This document shows, in pieces, positions 14,815 to 28,508 of a stretch of 64,000 nucleotides of DNA. The stretch is from Eledone cirrhosa (Eukaryota), in the NCBI GenBank assembly GCA_964016885.1, contig OZ024742.1, positions 133,052,001 through 133,116,000 of the forward strand, in the 5' to 3' direction. Positions within the stretch are counted from its first letter, which is position 1. Each line of letters starts with the position of its first letter. The translations under genes were made by a program, and so were the position numbers. The notes below the pieces were generated by a model that worked only from the letters and a program-made list of their open reading frames with translations, searched no databases and had not been told where the DNA came from.

Positions 14815-15341
14815 AATTCATACTCGAACCAGCGCATGGATTGCGATCAATATAATATCTTAAACTATTTGAGGTTTAGGAGTACTGATAATTATTATGA
14901 TATAATGTATATTCACTAACCTCGTCACCTCAATGGTATTATTCACTATATATTACATATCACTATGAGACATTTATAACAGGCAGCTCTTACAGTATAT
15001 CACATGAGATAATGTCTTCTGTGTAATTGGAATGTATATAGCAAAATAGTTTTTGCAACGAGTCAGATACATCATTACATTGACGTAGATATAAGGTAAG
15101 GCATTATAAACTGAATGCATGCATGTAGACACCTACACAACATGTAAAACATGTTAGTTAATGACTCCCACACATACACGCTATCACACATGCACGTAAC
15201 CACACATCCACACACTCACACTCACACCCCCCCCCCCCCCCACACACATACACACACACACAATTATATATATATATATATATATATATAGAATAAGGAA
15301 AAGCGAAGTAGTTTCAGATGTTCAAGTCTTTTAATAATAAT

Positions 15342-15528
15342 TTTTTTTTTCTACTTTAGGCACAAGGCCAGCAATTACCCAGTGCATTACTGGTACTTTA
15401 TTTTATCGACCCCGTAAGGATGAAAGGCAAAGTCAACCTCGGCGGGATTTGAACTCAGATCGTAAAGGGACGTAACTATGCTGGAAAGCATAGTTACGAC
15501 CCTCTACCGATACTGCCAATCCACCGCC
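15342..15528 (-). mobile_element. tRNA-derived SINE, family A, full length
   Basis: A box tggcagtatcgg, B box gagttcaaatcc, core gcctttcatccttacggggtcgataaaataaagtacc (resembles the MetaSINE domain). 16-bp TSD gtcttttaataataat. Confidence 0.92.
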
Positions 15529-15544
15529 GTCTTTTAATAATAAT

Positions 15545-15618
15545 GCTGTGATATATATTCCAATGGCGACAGTGGACACACTGTTCCGATCGCCAGTGTC
15601 GCGACATCGTCAGACAGC
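15545..15618 (-). ncRNA. Hammerhead copy with mutated core (GGAA for GAAA)
   Basis: Mirror of 16795-16868. Confidence 0.5.
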
Positions 15619-16794
15619 TTGTTACATAATAAGGTTATGTTTCCGAGTGCTTGAATAAGCTTATGTTTTTGAGTGCTTGAATTTAATTGGATCAATGTTT
15701 ACCCTAAGCATTTAGCTCCAATTAGTTGAGCGCTCTATGATGTAACCGATATGGTGGAGAAGAGAGGAACCAGCCACGAGCTACACCCATGATACTGGAC
15801 GGACATAATAATAACTTTCGGCAGGATAAAAAAAAGGTAACAAAAACAAATATAAACCCCTATTTTCCTGCACCAAATCGCATTTGAACAGAAGCCCCAT
15901 CAATTCAATCTATACACGGACAAATTGACAATCATATTGATCATCCATCTCATTTTGCATATATGAACTCTATGTGTTTTTGCATTTATTCATTTATTAT
16001 TTTTTTTCTTTTGTGTACTTTATATCTTTTTTTTTGGGGGGGGGGGGGGGGTTCCATGTGATGGAAATTCTAACTATGTACCCGACTAACTACTGCCCTT
16101 CATACTATAATTTGACCTCCGTTCTGCTATGCGGTACTGTCGTTCAGTATGTGGATGGTATAACTGTAACATTTCAGGACTTATTACTTAAACATCTCTC
16201 TGCATATTATTTACTCACTTCAATCTATATTTTTTTACTCACCTCAATCCAGATTCGCACTTGAACAATTTTTTAATTTTTAATTGTTAATTTTTAATAT
16301 CTAATTTTTAATATTTGATTTCTAATTTTCGATTTAAAATTTTAAGTTTTAGTTCTAATTTCCAACTCTCATTCATGGCTTCGACTGTGAAGCCATGATG
16401 CTTGAAATTAAGTATATTTTCTCTTACAGGTTGATGGTCAACTATACTGTCAATGCTTAGTGAGAGGTAGTATTGAGACCTATAGATACTCTCACTCTCC
16501 CATCCCCACTGTCTTTCGACAGACTGCCACAGACGGGATAGGTAGCACTAAGCTATATAAACCGGCCTGAATGGCTCATTGTTTGGCTGAGAGGGAGAAT
16601 TGACTAACCGAATTTCGTAGAAATCTGCGGTAGCTAATGGTCAACTTCCTTCGGACCTGCGCCTGCGCAGACCGGTGGGGGGGGGTAAGGTACTCACAGG
16701 GGAATGGATGAAGAACTCAAAAGCACACACTTTGTCCGTTCCCATGTCGATTCAATTTGGATTGGCTCGGAAATATAACGTTATTATGTAACAA

Positions 16795-16868
16795 GCTGTC
16801 TGACGATGTCGCGACTCTGGCTCACGTAACAGTGTGTCCACTGTCGTCATTGAAATATATATCACAGC
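16795..16868 (+). ncRNA. Type I hammerhead ribozyme (AUC)
   Basis: gctgt-CTGACGA-(..gcgac/gtcgt..)-GAAA-tatat-ATC|acagc, with palindromic stem III ATATATAT. Confidence 0.75.
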
Positions 16869-17087
16869 ATTATTATTAAAAGACTTGAACATTTGAAACT
16901 ACTTCGCTTTTCCTTATTCGATATTTATTCCGTCACTCCGATGTGGAATAAGTGCGTTGAGTGCTTGAATAGAATTGCATATATATTTACCCTAAGTATA
17001 TATATATTAATTCAAAATTCTTTTATTAACAAAATTAACAAAATATTAAAAGATATTAACAAAAATAGACATTCGTGTGATCAAGTA

Positions 17088-17154
17088 TATTTTATTATAC
17101 ATATTTCAGATGGACTGAGCTATCTTCAACAGTACGTCCTCATCAGATGAAATA
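17088..17154 (-). ncRNA. Type I hammerhead ribozyme (AUA)
   Basis: Reverse complement reads tatttcat-CTGATGA-gga..actg/cagt..tct-GAAA-tatgt-ATA|ataaaata. Confidence 0.65.
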
Positions 17155-17314
17155 AGATGATGCATGACATACCCTGACTGAGTAGATGGTTAAGATTCAG
17201 TCATGGTAGTGAATTCTTTGATTTATTCATTGAACGTTGTTTAACCTTTAATTAAATATATATATATATATACGATATATTAACAAATGGAAACTATATT
17301 TATAAAACCATATT

Positions 17315-17379
17315 TATTTCATTATACATATTTCAAGGACACCAAGTTAAATTATGGTGTGCTTTCATCAGACAAAATA
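17315..17379 (-). ncRNA. Type I hammerhead ribozyme (AUA)
   Basis: Reverse complement reads tattttgt-CTGATGA-aag cacacca..tggtgt c ctt-GAAA-tatgt-ATA|atgaaata. Confidence 0.7.
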
Positions 17380-17722
17380 TAATATAGATCAGTTTTATAA
17401 ATAAATATTGACATACCCTTAAAGAATGCGACCATTTCTGTTGGAAGCTCCCGTTATAGATTTATTTATACTATTATGCGAATTAGTGTCGGATATTTTT
17501 AAAACACAGTAGATTTAAAATAAGCCGTTGGGTTAGGGAGAAAGGGAAAGAAAAAAAAAACCAACAGCTTATTTTAAATCTACTGTGTTTTAAAAATATC
17601 CGACACTAATTTTTATAATAGTAGAAATAAATCTATAACCACACTATCCGGGAGCTTCCAACAGATATGGTCGCATTCTTTAAGGGTATGTCAATATTTA
17701 TTTATAAAACTGATCTATATTA

Positions 17723-17787
17723 TATTATATCTGATGAAAGCACACGATAATTGAACTTGGTGTCCTTGAAATATGTATAATGAAATA
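17723..17787 (+). ncRNA. Type I hammerhead ribozyme (AUA)
   Basis: Mirror of 17315-17379, with CTGATGA at 17731-17737. Confidence 0.62.
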
Positions 17788-17917
17788 AATATGGTTTTAT
17801 AAACATAGTTTCCATTTGTTAATATATCTTATTTTATCTCCAATAATTTGTTGATTGCTTTATATCAGTTATAAAAATATTTGCTTGTTGTATCCCAACA
17901 ATTTAAATAGATCTTCT

Positions 17918-18040
<123 letters not shown>

Positions 18041-18247
18041 TGGATGTATATATGTATCTAAGTGAATGTATAAATGTAGTGCTAGACAATTTGTATGAGG
18101 CAGAAACGGAATTTTCGTCTGTCTCCACGTTGCTGTCGCGATGTACCAGGCGGCTGAAAGAAATAGGAATAGAAATTGACTGAGAGTTGCTGCCAAGCGA
18201 ACGTTTATAATTTACGCAGTAAGACTTACAACATTTATATACGTATG

Positions 18248-18304
<57 letters not shown>

Positions 18305-18306
<2 letters not shown>

Positions 18307-19364
18307 CGGGGTTTTTGATATAATATCGTGTGTCGAAACAAATATTTTTATACTTGGGGAGGGTCATATTTGTGTAATATTGCCAGAATTAATAAGAACA
18401 CACTCACTGTTTGGTTCGTTTTCGCTTTTCGCTTATGTGTCCTTTATATCGTTAATCTAATTTATTCGGTCCTCAATGTTGCCATTCACTGACCAACGGT
18501 CAAAAATACAGATACAATATAGACACAAACACATATATATAATTTATCAAAGTTCTTTCGTTGCACATCTGCAATACCGTCAGTGGTGCTATTGTTTCCT
18601 CCCGTTGCATTGTATTTTCTACGCCATCTTTACTTAGTCTGTTTATATATGTATGTCTTTGTTTATTTTATTTTGTCTTCTTTGCGCATGCGTTTGCGTG
18701 TGTGTATAGTGTCTTGTTTGATGTGTGTTCGTGATTGGGTTGCTGTGTATTGGTTAATGTATTCTATATTTAGCAGTGTGTGTTTATATGTGTTTGTTGT
18801 TATTGTGCTTGTGTATGTATTTATTTATTTATTTATCTATTTATTTATTTATGTATACTTAACTTAGGTCATTGTTTGGGTGTTGTTGTTATTCCTTTCA
18901 TTTTTTCTGTTTAGCCTTGGCCTTCTAAGTTTTATTTCACTGGCCTCTCTGATTTGCCTATCTGCTGGGGCATTTCTATGTTTAGATATTATTCTAATTT
19001 CTATGTTGTCTATGTTACCGTTGTGTTGTTGTCTGGCATGTTCGTTAGTACTATACGAACACATATAAACACATATAAACATGCACTGGTAAAGATATAA
19101 TACATTAACCAACACACAGCCACCCAATCACGAACACACATCAAACAAAACACTATACACACACGCAAACGCATGCGCAAAGAAGACAAAATAAAATAAA
19201 CAAATAAATAAATATATAAACAGACTAAATAAAGATGGCGTAGAAAATACAATGCAACGTGAGGAAACAATAGCACCACTGACGAGGTTGCAGATGTGCA
19301 ACGAAAGAATTTGATAAACTATATATATGTGTTTGTGTCTATATTGTATCTGTATTTTTGACCG
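18305..19364 (-). mobile_element. Penelope-like element 3' fragment: GIY-YIG C-terminus between inverted repeats (18497-18795 / 19070-19364)
   Basis: Minus-strand peptide EHARQQHNGNIDNIEIRIISKHRNAPADRQIREASEIKLRRPRLNRKNE matches the PLE endonuclease end (H..H..R..EA..I....P.LN). Confidence 0.7.
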
Positions 19365-19649
19365 CAACGATAGTTGCTAGACACCGTACGGCTTAATTCG
19401 GGATGTTTGTTTACAAACACACCGAGCATTATAATAAATGTTCGGTGAATCCATACGTACATATATATATATATATGTGTGTGCATGTATGTATATATAT
19501 ATACATACTACTGTACGTCTGTATACATATATGTATGTACGTATAGATACTTATATTTAAGTAATAGCCGTACTAAGAGTGAGAAATGAAATTTCGTTTC
19601 ATTTTTCCGTTTATCGTTTTCGGTACCCCGGCCGATTAACTCACTCGAT

Positions 19650-19657
19650 ATGCAAAT
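19650..19657 (+). promoter_or_regulatory. Octamer ATGCAAAT in R1 (also 29793-29800 and 45567-45574)
   Basis: Exact motif in three copies, 100-110 nt upstream of the predicted cleavage site. Single substitutions at about 20080 and 47900. Confidence 0.35.
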
Positions 19658-19731
19658 TAGGCTGCTCAGCCGTTAATATGCATAAGGAAAGTATATACTT
19701 TCAGACGTTCAACCATCTAGCAGGAAGGTAT

Positions 19732-19774
19732 ACGTTGCTGACGATATATAATAAGTTTGAAACTAGTACAGCGT
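19732..19774 (+). ncRNA. R1 type I hammerhead (GUA), stem II decayed
   Basis: acgttg-CTGACGA-tatataataagttt-GAAAC-ta-GTA|cagcgt. Confidence 0.7.
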
Positions 19775-20180
19775 TCCTTTGTCAGTGTTGAACAAAAGGG
19801 CAGGAATGGTTGCTAGACACTGTACGGCTTAATTCGGGTTGTTTGTTTACAAAAACACAAAGCATTATAATAAATGTTCGGTGAATCCATACGTACATAT
19901 ATATATATATGTGTGTGCATGTATGTATATATACATACTACTGTACGTCTGTATACATTTATGTATGTACGTATACATACTTATATTTAAGTAACAGCCT
20001 TACTAAGAGTGAGAAATGAAATTTCGTTTCATTTTTTCCGTTTACCGTTTTCGGTACCCCGGCCGATTAACTCACTCGATATCCAAATTAGGCTGCTCAG
20101 CCTTTAATATGCATAAGGAAAGTATATATATATACATACTACTGTACGTCTATATACATATATGTATGTACGTATGCATA

Positions 20181-20252
<72 letters not shown>

Positions 20253-20523
20253 ACCAAATAAATATATATATATTTTTTTAAATAACACTCCAGTTGCATT
20301 TTTTATATCTTTTTTCCTTATACTTTCTCTCGTGTAGGACATCTGAGTTATTTTTCATTTTGTAAAAATCCCTCTCTTTCTAATATATATATATATATAT
20401 ATTAAACTTATGCCAAATAACAGTATAAATATATATGTATATAAATAAATATATATACATGTGTGTGTGTGTGCGTGTGTGTGTACACATGTATATATAC
20501 ACACACATATGTATATCTAAATC

Positions 20524-20698
20524 ATATATATATATATATATATAAATTAATATGTATGTGATGAAACACAGATACCAACACATCTGTATATATATTGCAA
20601 AAGAATAATTAGTATACTTCAATCTGGCTAAATTTTTCTTTTGCAATATATATACAGATGTGTTGGTATCTGTGTTTCATCACATACATATTAATTTA
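20524..20698. repeat. Inverted repeat with arms of about 62 bp (about 20544-20605 / 20636-20698)
   Basis: aaattaatatgtatgtgatgaaacacagatacc..gcaaaagaa and its reverse complement. Confidence 0.85.
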
Positions 20699-20764
20699 TA
20701 CACTGCTCAGGGGGTATTTTTCCTCCTTCGAGCTGATTCCATTGTAAAAGAATTCATTACCTTA

Positions 20765-20833
<69 letters not shown>

Positions 20834-20994
20834 AAAACATATGACCCCAACGGCAGAACCCGTCCAAAAATAGCCGTCGAGGTCATACTTTTTCCTGTTA
20901 CACACTCTACTACCTTAAATATTAAGTACTCTGGTGCGTTATGGTCCATCTGGTTCCTTACAACAACTCCTTCGTTAAATATATATATATATAT

Positions 20995-21045
<51 letters not shown>

Positions 21046-21514
21046 TTGTGTGTGTATATGTGTGTGCGTGTGTGTGTGTCCGTGTGTATGTTTACGTATA
21101 TATGTGGTGTAAGTGTATCTCCACTACGGCCGTGAGAAATAAGCTGGTACTGGTTTTTTAGTTCTAGCAAATATATTATTCTCCAAACGTCCGGGGTTTG
21201 CCTGCCTTTTGTTACTGTTATACCACTTCATATATTTCTCCCTCCTCAGTATTGTTCACTTGTTGCGATCAGGTAAAGAATTTGTCCTATCATTGAGGTT
21301 ACTCTTGAAAACCCGATAACTTCATAGCTCTGACACATTTTAGCTGCACTTTGGCTGCATAACTGTCTGCGAACCTTCACAGTCAGGACATTGAAGAGAA
21401 CGTTATGTATATTTTGTCTATGTTTTCTTAATATTTATAATTGTTTTATATATATGTATATATATATATATATGATGATGATGATGTGTTATATATTTTA
21501 AAATGCATATTTTC

Positions 21515-21570
<56 letters not shown>

Positions 21571-22396
21571 GAAAATAAGCATTTTAAAATATATAACACA
21601 TCATCAATATTATTGTTGTCATTATGATAGTGATGATATTGACAATAATGATATCATTTACTATTATTTTTGCTATTGTTATTATTATTCGGTCGTAGCT
21701 GGAAAGAGAAAAGTTGTTCTACACACACGTGCGTACACACACACATACACACACTCACGCAAATCGACACAAACATAAAAAAAATTCGTATGCTATTAAC
21801 ATTTGGGGATTGCAAAAAAGAGAATACCAACTTCACTTGATGAATGAACACACAAAAAACAGACAAGAATTGAAGATGTCGAAAATCACTAATCCATAAC
21901 ACTCCCGTATTTTTTTTTTTGCTTGAAAGTACTAGCACGTTGATTGCCTAATCACTTGATTATCAAATTATAACTGAAATAATCATGACACTCAAGATTT
22001 CCGGCGCGAAATTAGCGCAAAATACGATGTCTAATCACCGGATCTATCTTAACATATTATATTGTACATTAGTCTTATAGCAAATTCACTTTCGTTTTGC
22101 AGAAAACTAAAAATAATTCCAAACACTAGTTAGATTAGGGTTACAATTCAGCCATCCATCGTAACGTTTGGAAATCAGAGAACTTGTGAAACTGGTAAAT
22201 AAAGCATTTTAGAGGAACGAACTACCTTTTCCACTTTCGTATATATATATACATACACTCTCACACACACACATATATATATAATATTATAATATATTAT
22301 ATTATATCATATTATATTATATTATTTATTTGGTGAATTGGTGAATTTATTTGGTGAATTTATTTGGTGAATTTGGTGAATTTATTTGGTGAATAA

Positions 22397-22688
22397 CCGC
22401 CTAGGTTAACTTTGCCTTTCACCTTTACGGGGTCGATAAAATAAACTACCAGTAATGTACTGGATAATTGCTGGCCTTGTGCCAAAAGTAGAAACAAGTA
22501 TTTATTTGGTGAATTGGCAGTATCGGTAGAGGGTCGGATTATGCTTTCCAGCATAGTTACGTCCCTTTACGATCTGAGTTCAATTCCCGCCGAGGTTAAC
22601 TTTGCCTTTCATCCTTACGGGGTCGATAAAATAAAGTACCAGTTATGTACTGGGATAATTGCTGGCGTTGTGCCAAAAAGTAGAAGCA
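22397..22688 (+). mobile_element. Family A SINEs: a partial copy (22397-22497) plus a full copy (22508-22688)
   Basis: Same A box, B box and core as 15342-15528. Confidence 0.88.
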
Positions 22689-23511
22689 ATTATTTATTTA
22701 CCTACTTATACAGAAGGTAAGCGCTACCTAATGTTTCAAGACACAGTATTGACCTGATCTTCATATTGTAAGTGGGATCAAAATTAGTACTTAAGCCTCA
22801 GACGTTAGAACATGTTTTTAAGATAGCGTTAAAGGCATAGCGTGCAAATGTGCTAGCTTAAAAAAATGTTTTACCACAAATGGAAATTGGAAATAGCAAA
22901 GTCGCACACGTGTCATTATTTTGCGCTCTAGTAGATGGGTTGTATTTTGTGGTGGTATGTAATATATAGATGGTAATAATAATTAAGGTATGCAATTGTA
23001 CAGTACAATGTTATATGTGAGTGTGGAAGAAGAAAAGATATTAAGAAACTATATGAATCAAATTAACGTGCGTAAAAATCAGTTGAATTTCTTGAGTTTT
23101 CCACTTAGAAAGCAGTTGGCATCACAGAACAAACTTCCTCTTTGACTGCAAATAATTATTTGTTCGGAAGCGACAAATCATCTACTTTTCTAAATCTCTT
23201 ACTAAGACAGAGTCAGCATTTCTTCGTAACATTGTTGTAAGGGAATCTTTCAAGTGACTTTCACGCGGGACTCCATTCTCCTTTAATATCCACACTATTT
23301 TTTCAGGGCTGTAGTCGTTTTCATATCAGGATTTCTGGCATGAGGAGAGGAAATGTGAGTAAAAGCGTTATTTAAAACGATCTTGTTTTACATCGTCGTA
23401 TCTTCCGTTACCATCATATTTTTCAGCTCTTCTCCCGATTCAGCAGTGTTTTTCTTTTTCCTCTTTCACACAAATGGATATTTTCTATATACACATACAC
23501 ACATATGTATG

Positions 23512-23572
<61 letters not shown>

Positions 23573-23575
23573 TTA

Positions 23576-23969
23576 TCTATAAAAGCAGATTGTTGTTGTG
23601 TGTGTATGTTCCATGTTTATACATTTGCACAATTTCAAACCGATTCGACTCAACGTCTGTAGGAATGTTGTAAATGGTGCAACTTAGGTTAACGACTATT
23701 TATTTATTTTAAACTTAACCACAATTACGGAAATAATCGATAAAACTAAATACATGATGCCTTACCCCTCTAATACAATCTTATACGCTCTCTCTACTCC
23801 TCTCAAAATTCGATAAAACTACATACATGCTGCAATTTTCTCTTATATACGCTTAAACTTACAAACTTCATTTAGGAACGCCGAAGAAAGAAGAGAGAAA
23901 GAAATGAAGGAGAGAGAGAGAGAGAGAAGAGAGTGAGCGAGAGAGAGAGAGAGAGAGAGAGAAGAGAGT

Positions 23970-24020
<51 letters not shown>

Positions 24021-24667
24021 TTTGTGGAACAGTCAAACATTTATTTACTTCAATGACAAAGAGAACTTATTACATTTCATACGAAACGACAATTATTCAA
24101 AAGCAACAGTAACATTTATTCAACAACAACAAAAATAGCGATAAAACTTGTTTAAAACATCTCTCAACGAATCTGGAAGAAAGAAGTATCAGTTTATTTA
24201 CTATACACAATAATATCCTCTATGAGGTAACTAAACCTGCTAGAAACAGCATCTAACTCTCCCCCATATCACATCCCTCCCTACTGTCTTAAATTTAGAC
24301 AATACATATCCTCTATGAGGTAACTAAACCTGCTAGAAACAGCAGCTAACTCCCCCCCCCCCCCATATCACACCAATCCCTACTGTCTTAAATTTAGAAA
24401 ACACACATTAAACAACCATGCAGAACAACATCCGATCGCAGCTCTGTGTTTCGGCTGGCATCGTCTGCGCGCGTGTTGCGCAAGTACTGTGAAACAATAA
24501 ATTTCAACACTTCTTTGCACAGAGATAATATCCATAGGCGAAACTACAATTGTCTGCAATTCATTCACCCAGTGCCTGGCAGACAAAAAAGTGCTGCCAT
24601 AAAAAGGGTGGTGCAACCTAACTTTGGTAACTTACTGATCCCGAGCAACGCCGGGCTTTAATGCTAG
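23576..24667 (+). mobile_element. Non-autonomous Helitron
   Basis: 5' end A|TCTATAAAAGC, hairpin cccgagcaacgccggg, 3' end CTAG|T. Contains (GA)n and a ~92-bp tandem duplication at 24213-24398. Confidence 0.7.
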
Positions 24668-24670
24668 TAT

Positions 24671-25533
24671 ATATAAAACCAAAATTAAATTAAGGGAGTC
24701 GTGTCTGAGACATTCGCCATATCCACCGTAGAATAAGCTGAAAGATTACTATGAATAGATCGGAGCATTTTATATTAACTAGAAATTGATTGACAAACAT
24801 ATATATATCTAAAATAAACACATGAAAGGAGTCGGCTGCTATTTTCAGCTGTCGATAATCCTATTCACGCCACTGAGATGATGCTGGTACGATGTGTGTA
24901 GTTTTTAAAAATGCAACACGTGCGACGGGTCATTCGCAGATTTGCATTCGCTGTGTAAACACAGATAGTTAAATCTTCTCCCTTGTTGAAAATCCGATTT
25001 GACTATGTCAGTTTACGGATTAATCGTGAAATATATTTCTTTAACGAAATATATACAAGGAAGATTAATTAATTTAAAAGCATGTATATTTGAAGTTCTA
25101 GTTAAACTTTAATTAGTTACCTACCTAGCTGTGTGTGCTTACACACTTTACAAATTAACCCCCTGTGATTGTTTCATTTTTATTTCAGATATATATATAT
25201 GTATGTCAATCTATTTCTAGTTGATATGAAATTTGTGGATCTATTCATTGGAATATTTGAGATTATTCTACGGTGGAGATGGCGCAGTGTCTCGGACATG
25301 ACTCCCTTAATTTAATTTTACTTTTATAAATACGGCTCTTTAATTGTAGAGCTAACTTAGTTAAAAGGACTCGGCTGCTATTTCTAAATATCGATAATCC
25401 TATTCGCGGCACTGATATGACGCTGGTACGATGTGTGTAGTTTTTGAAAAATGCAACACGTGCGACGGGCCATTCGCAGATTTGCATTCGCTGTGTAAAC
25501 ACAGATAGTTAAATCTTCTCCCTTGTTGAAAAT
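24671..25533. repeat. Inverted repeats (24671-24820 / 25178-25328) interleaved with direct repeats (24830-24993 / 25370-25533)
   Basis: Read directly. The arrangement resembles pLTR rearrangements, but no clear HHR was found. Confidence 0.8.
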
Positions 25534-25534
25534 A

Positions 25535-25593
<59 letters not shown>

Positions 25594-26169
25594 TAAAATA
25601 ACAGATTAAAGTTTAAGCAAAGAATCGCTGCTTTCACGCTTATATATATATATATAAATACACATATATATATACAAGTAAAAATTAGCGAGAATCGAAT
25701 TTCAGCCCATGAAATAACGAGAAAACACTTTCGAGTTGTGAGGCAAGCGCTCTATAATTCAACTGAGATGGTGGTTAAACTAATCATCCACACAGCGAAG
25801 ATTCGATCTCCTATTTCGGGTCAAACAGATATACAGATATAAAAATATATGAAAATATAAATGTTTGATACTCACCCGGACCCCTGGAATGATGGTAAAG
25901 TCCAGCGTTCGGGTTTCTGCGGCTCCATAAGTCATTTACTGTCCACTTACATAAAGAATGTTAAGTTTCTCGTATCCTGACTGAACTAGGAGTACGCGTT
26001 GTCAACGGGATTCAGTTCGAAAGTCCACATAGATGTGTCTGTAACTGACCCCACGTGGAGTTCAGCAAGGGAGGAAACACCTAAATAAGGCGATTGAATT
26101 CATCTGTGTATAATATTGCGAAAATAATGCAAAATATCACAAATCGAATGAAGCTCTCGACAGAGTGTT

Positions 26170-26306
<137 letters not shown>

Positions 26307-27653
26307 ATATATATATGTTTATATATATTTACACATACGTATATGTGTTTATTGACAATGGCCGTGATACCCGGACAAATTCTAAATTTGTTTTGCAACA
26401 ATTATTAAGTGAAAGTCACTATTCCTGTGCTCTTCTTTTATTGATTTATTATTTTAAATCGAGATAAGCAAACCATATTATTTTAAATTAGTATTTTTCA
26501 ACCTAGCTAACTTGGTCATTTGCAATTCGAACACATGTATACTTGTATCAGTGTTCATCCCTCTCATATATTCATTTGTATTACACGGCTCGGAAATATT
26601 CCCTTCTCTGAGCTATTTAATTGTAAAATACTTTTTCGAGTCTATAGCTCAATATATAAAATATGTGTTTATATATATTTACACATATGTATATGTCTTT
26701 ATATATATATATTTACGCACACGCGCACACACACATGCATATATATAGAAACACAGATACATATATGCATATATGTATATGTGTTTCTATATATGTACAC
26801 ACACACATATATAGTTGTGTGTTTGTATGCATATATGGATACGTGCATTCTAATACATATATATTTATATAATTTGAGGCAAATTAACCTTCAAAACAGT
26901 GGAATAAATATTTGATCAGTTCGTGCCAAGTAACTATGTAGAAATAGAAACATCTGTTTCGTAATTTAAAATGGGTCCATTAACGAACATATATTTCGTT
27001 TATGTTTTATAAGTATTAAATTCTTAATGTTTTGTTTTTTATTCGGTGAGCAACAATCTCCCGTTGATCAACAAGGTGTACACCTGTCAAACAGTATGGT
27101 TACTTATGCTTCATTCTATATGTACCATGTTAGTCATGGACAGATGTACAAGTGATATATTTCAGTCAGTATAATTAGACTACTATAAATGAGGACAAAG
27201 TAAAATATCCATTTGCTTTGATCTGGTCGATTGATATTGTTTTCTGTTTTGAAAAGTATTATTTTTATTGTATGTTTAACTACGAAACGATAAAAAAACT
27301 CGTGATTAAATCTCTTTGCATTATATTATTTCATTACATCACCTCCTATTATGTCAGGCACATATTAAGTGCAGGGACATTTTAGATGGTCGTTTCTGTA
27401 GCATATATTAAAAGCGTTCGCAGCTTTTTCAAGGGCCGTTGAGACAGAGGCTTCAAGCGCGGGTCCTGCCAGAAGCAAATGTCTCTTATTCATCATGTTG
27501 TATGCCATGAGGGTGGTCTGGACAATTAATAGTATATGTTTTAAAAATAATTTGTTGTATCGTGTAAGAATGTGTGTATTAAAACCTTATGACCTTTTTA
27601 AATGTAAGTGTAGCCTATTTAATTGAGTGTCGTCTGTGTGGAGATTGTAATAA

Positions 27654-27840
27654 TTGTTTCTACTTTTGACACAAGGCCAGCAGTTAGCCAGTACATTAAT
27701 GGTACTTAATTTTATCGACCACGTAAGGATGAAAAGCAAAATTGACCTCGGCGGCATTTGAGCTCAGAATGGAAAGGGCCGTAACTCTATGCATTAAAGC
27801 ATGGTGTCCGACCCTCTATCGATACAGCCAATCCACCGCC
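27654..27840 (-). mobile_element. Family A SINE, diverged
   Basis: Aligns with 15342-15528. Confidence 0.85.
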
Positions 27841-28324
27841 CTTGTAATAATATGAAGAGAACTATTTTGTAATCATAGTAGCATCAGTGCTTTACTTTAA
27901 ATAAACCTACTTTGTTTGGAAACAAATATATAAATGACACTGATGTCCATAATACAGAAGTCAATAATATAGAAGCCAATAATTTACTTTTCGATCATTG
28001 GATTGGAATTTTCGATTTTTGCCATCTGATTATCAATGTTTACCTGACTAAATATTTGAAACTAAACATCACAGTTAACGTAAATACAAATAAATATTAC
28101 TTCTCCTCATAATCTTCTTACGCCTCCACCCATTTCCTCCCCAGCTTTCGTCCTTCTCCTATATATTCCTGGGATGGTTATAGGGAAGATTCATCAAACA
28201 CTTTTTCCAGGGGGTCCTCACAGAAGCAATTGTCTACAATTCATCCGGCTGTATCCCCAAGCAAGGCCAGTCGAGCTCGGGGATGATATCCAACCATCTT
28301 GCTTTGATTTGGATAATTAATAAT

Positions 28325-28508
28325 TGCTTCTACGTTTGGCACAAGTCCAGCAATTACCCCAGTGCATTACAGGCACATTAATTTATCGACCCCGTAAGGT
28401 TGAAAGGTAGAGTTAACCTCGGCTGGATTTGAACTCAGACCGTAAATGTCCGTAACTCTATGCTACAAAGCATGTAATCCGACGCTCTACCGCTTCTGCC
28501 AATCCACC
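28325..28508 (-). mobile_element. Family A SINE, diverged
   Basis: Aligns with 15342-15528. Confidence 0.85.

Larger units (their letters stand above)
15291..16919. mobile_element. PLE-derived element with inverted pLTR-like arms (15291-15647 / 16766-16919)
   Basis: The arms are reverse complements once the SINE is removed, and each contains a hammerhead motif. Confidence 0.75.
17274..17828. repeat. Fold-back element with arms of about 250 bp
   Basis: 17274-17525 is the reverse complement of about 17566-17828. Same family as 485-720. Confidence 0.92.
19366..20125 (+). mobile_element. Tandem ~430-436 bp hammerhead repeat (candidate retrozyme family R1), about 1.75 units
   Basis: gttgctagacac at 19373 and 19809. 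gagtgagaaatgaaatttcg at 19577 and 20007. Confidence 0.85.

Noticed and set aside
15342-15528. tRNA gene calls for SINE heads
   Set aside because: A and B boxes are present, but there is no cloverleaf, and the copies have a SINE core, tail and TSDs.
25876-26080. Possible minus-strand exon (tttAG ... GTGAGT)
   Set aside because: Stops in all three frames and no neighbouring exons. It could only be non-coding or terminal.
28200-28300. HDV-like fold on the minus strand
   Set aside because: The helices are simply nested, and the double pseudoknot could not be built.
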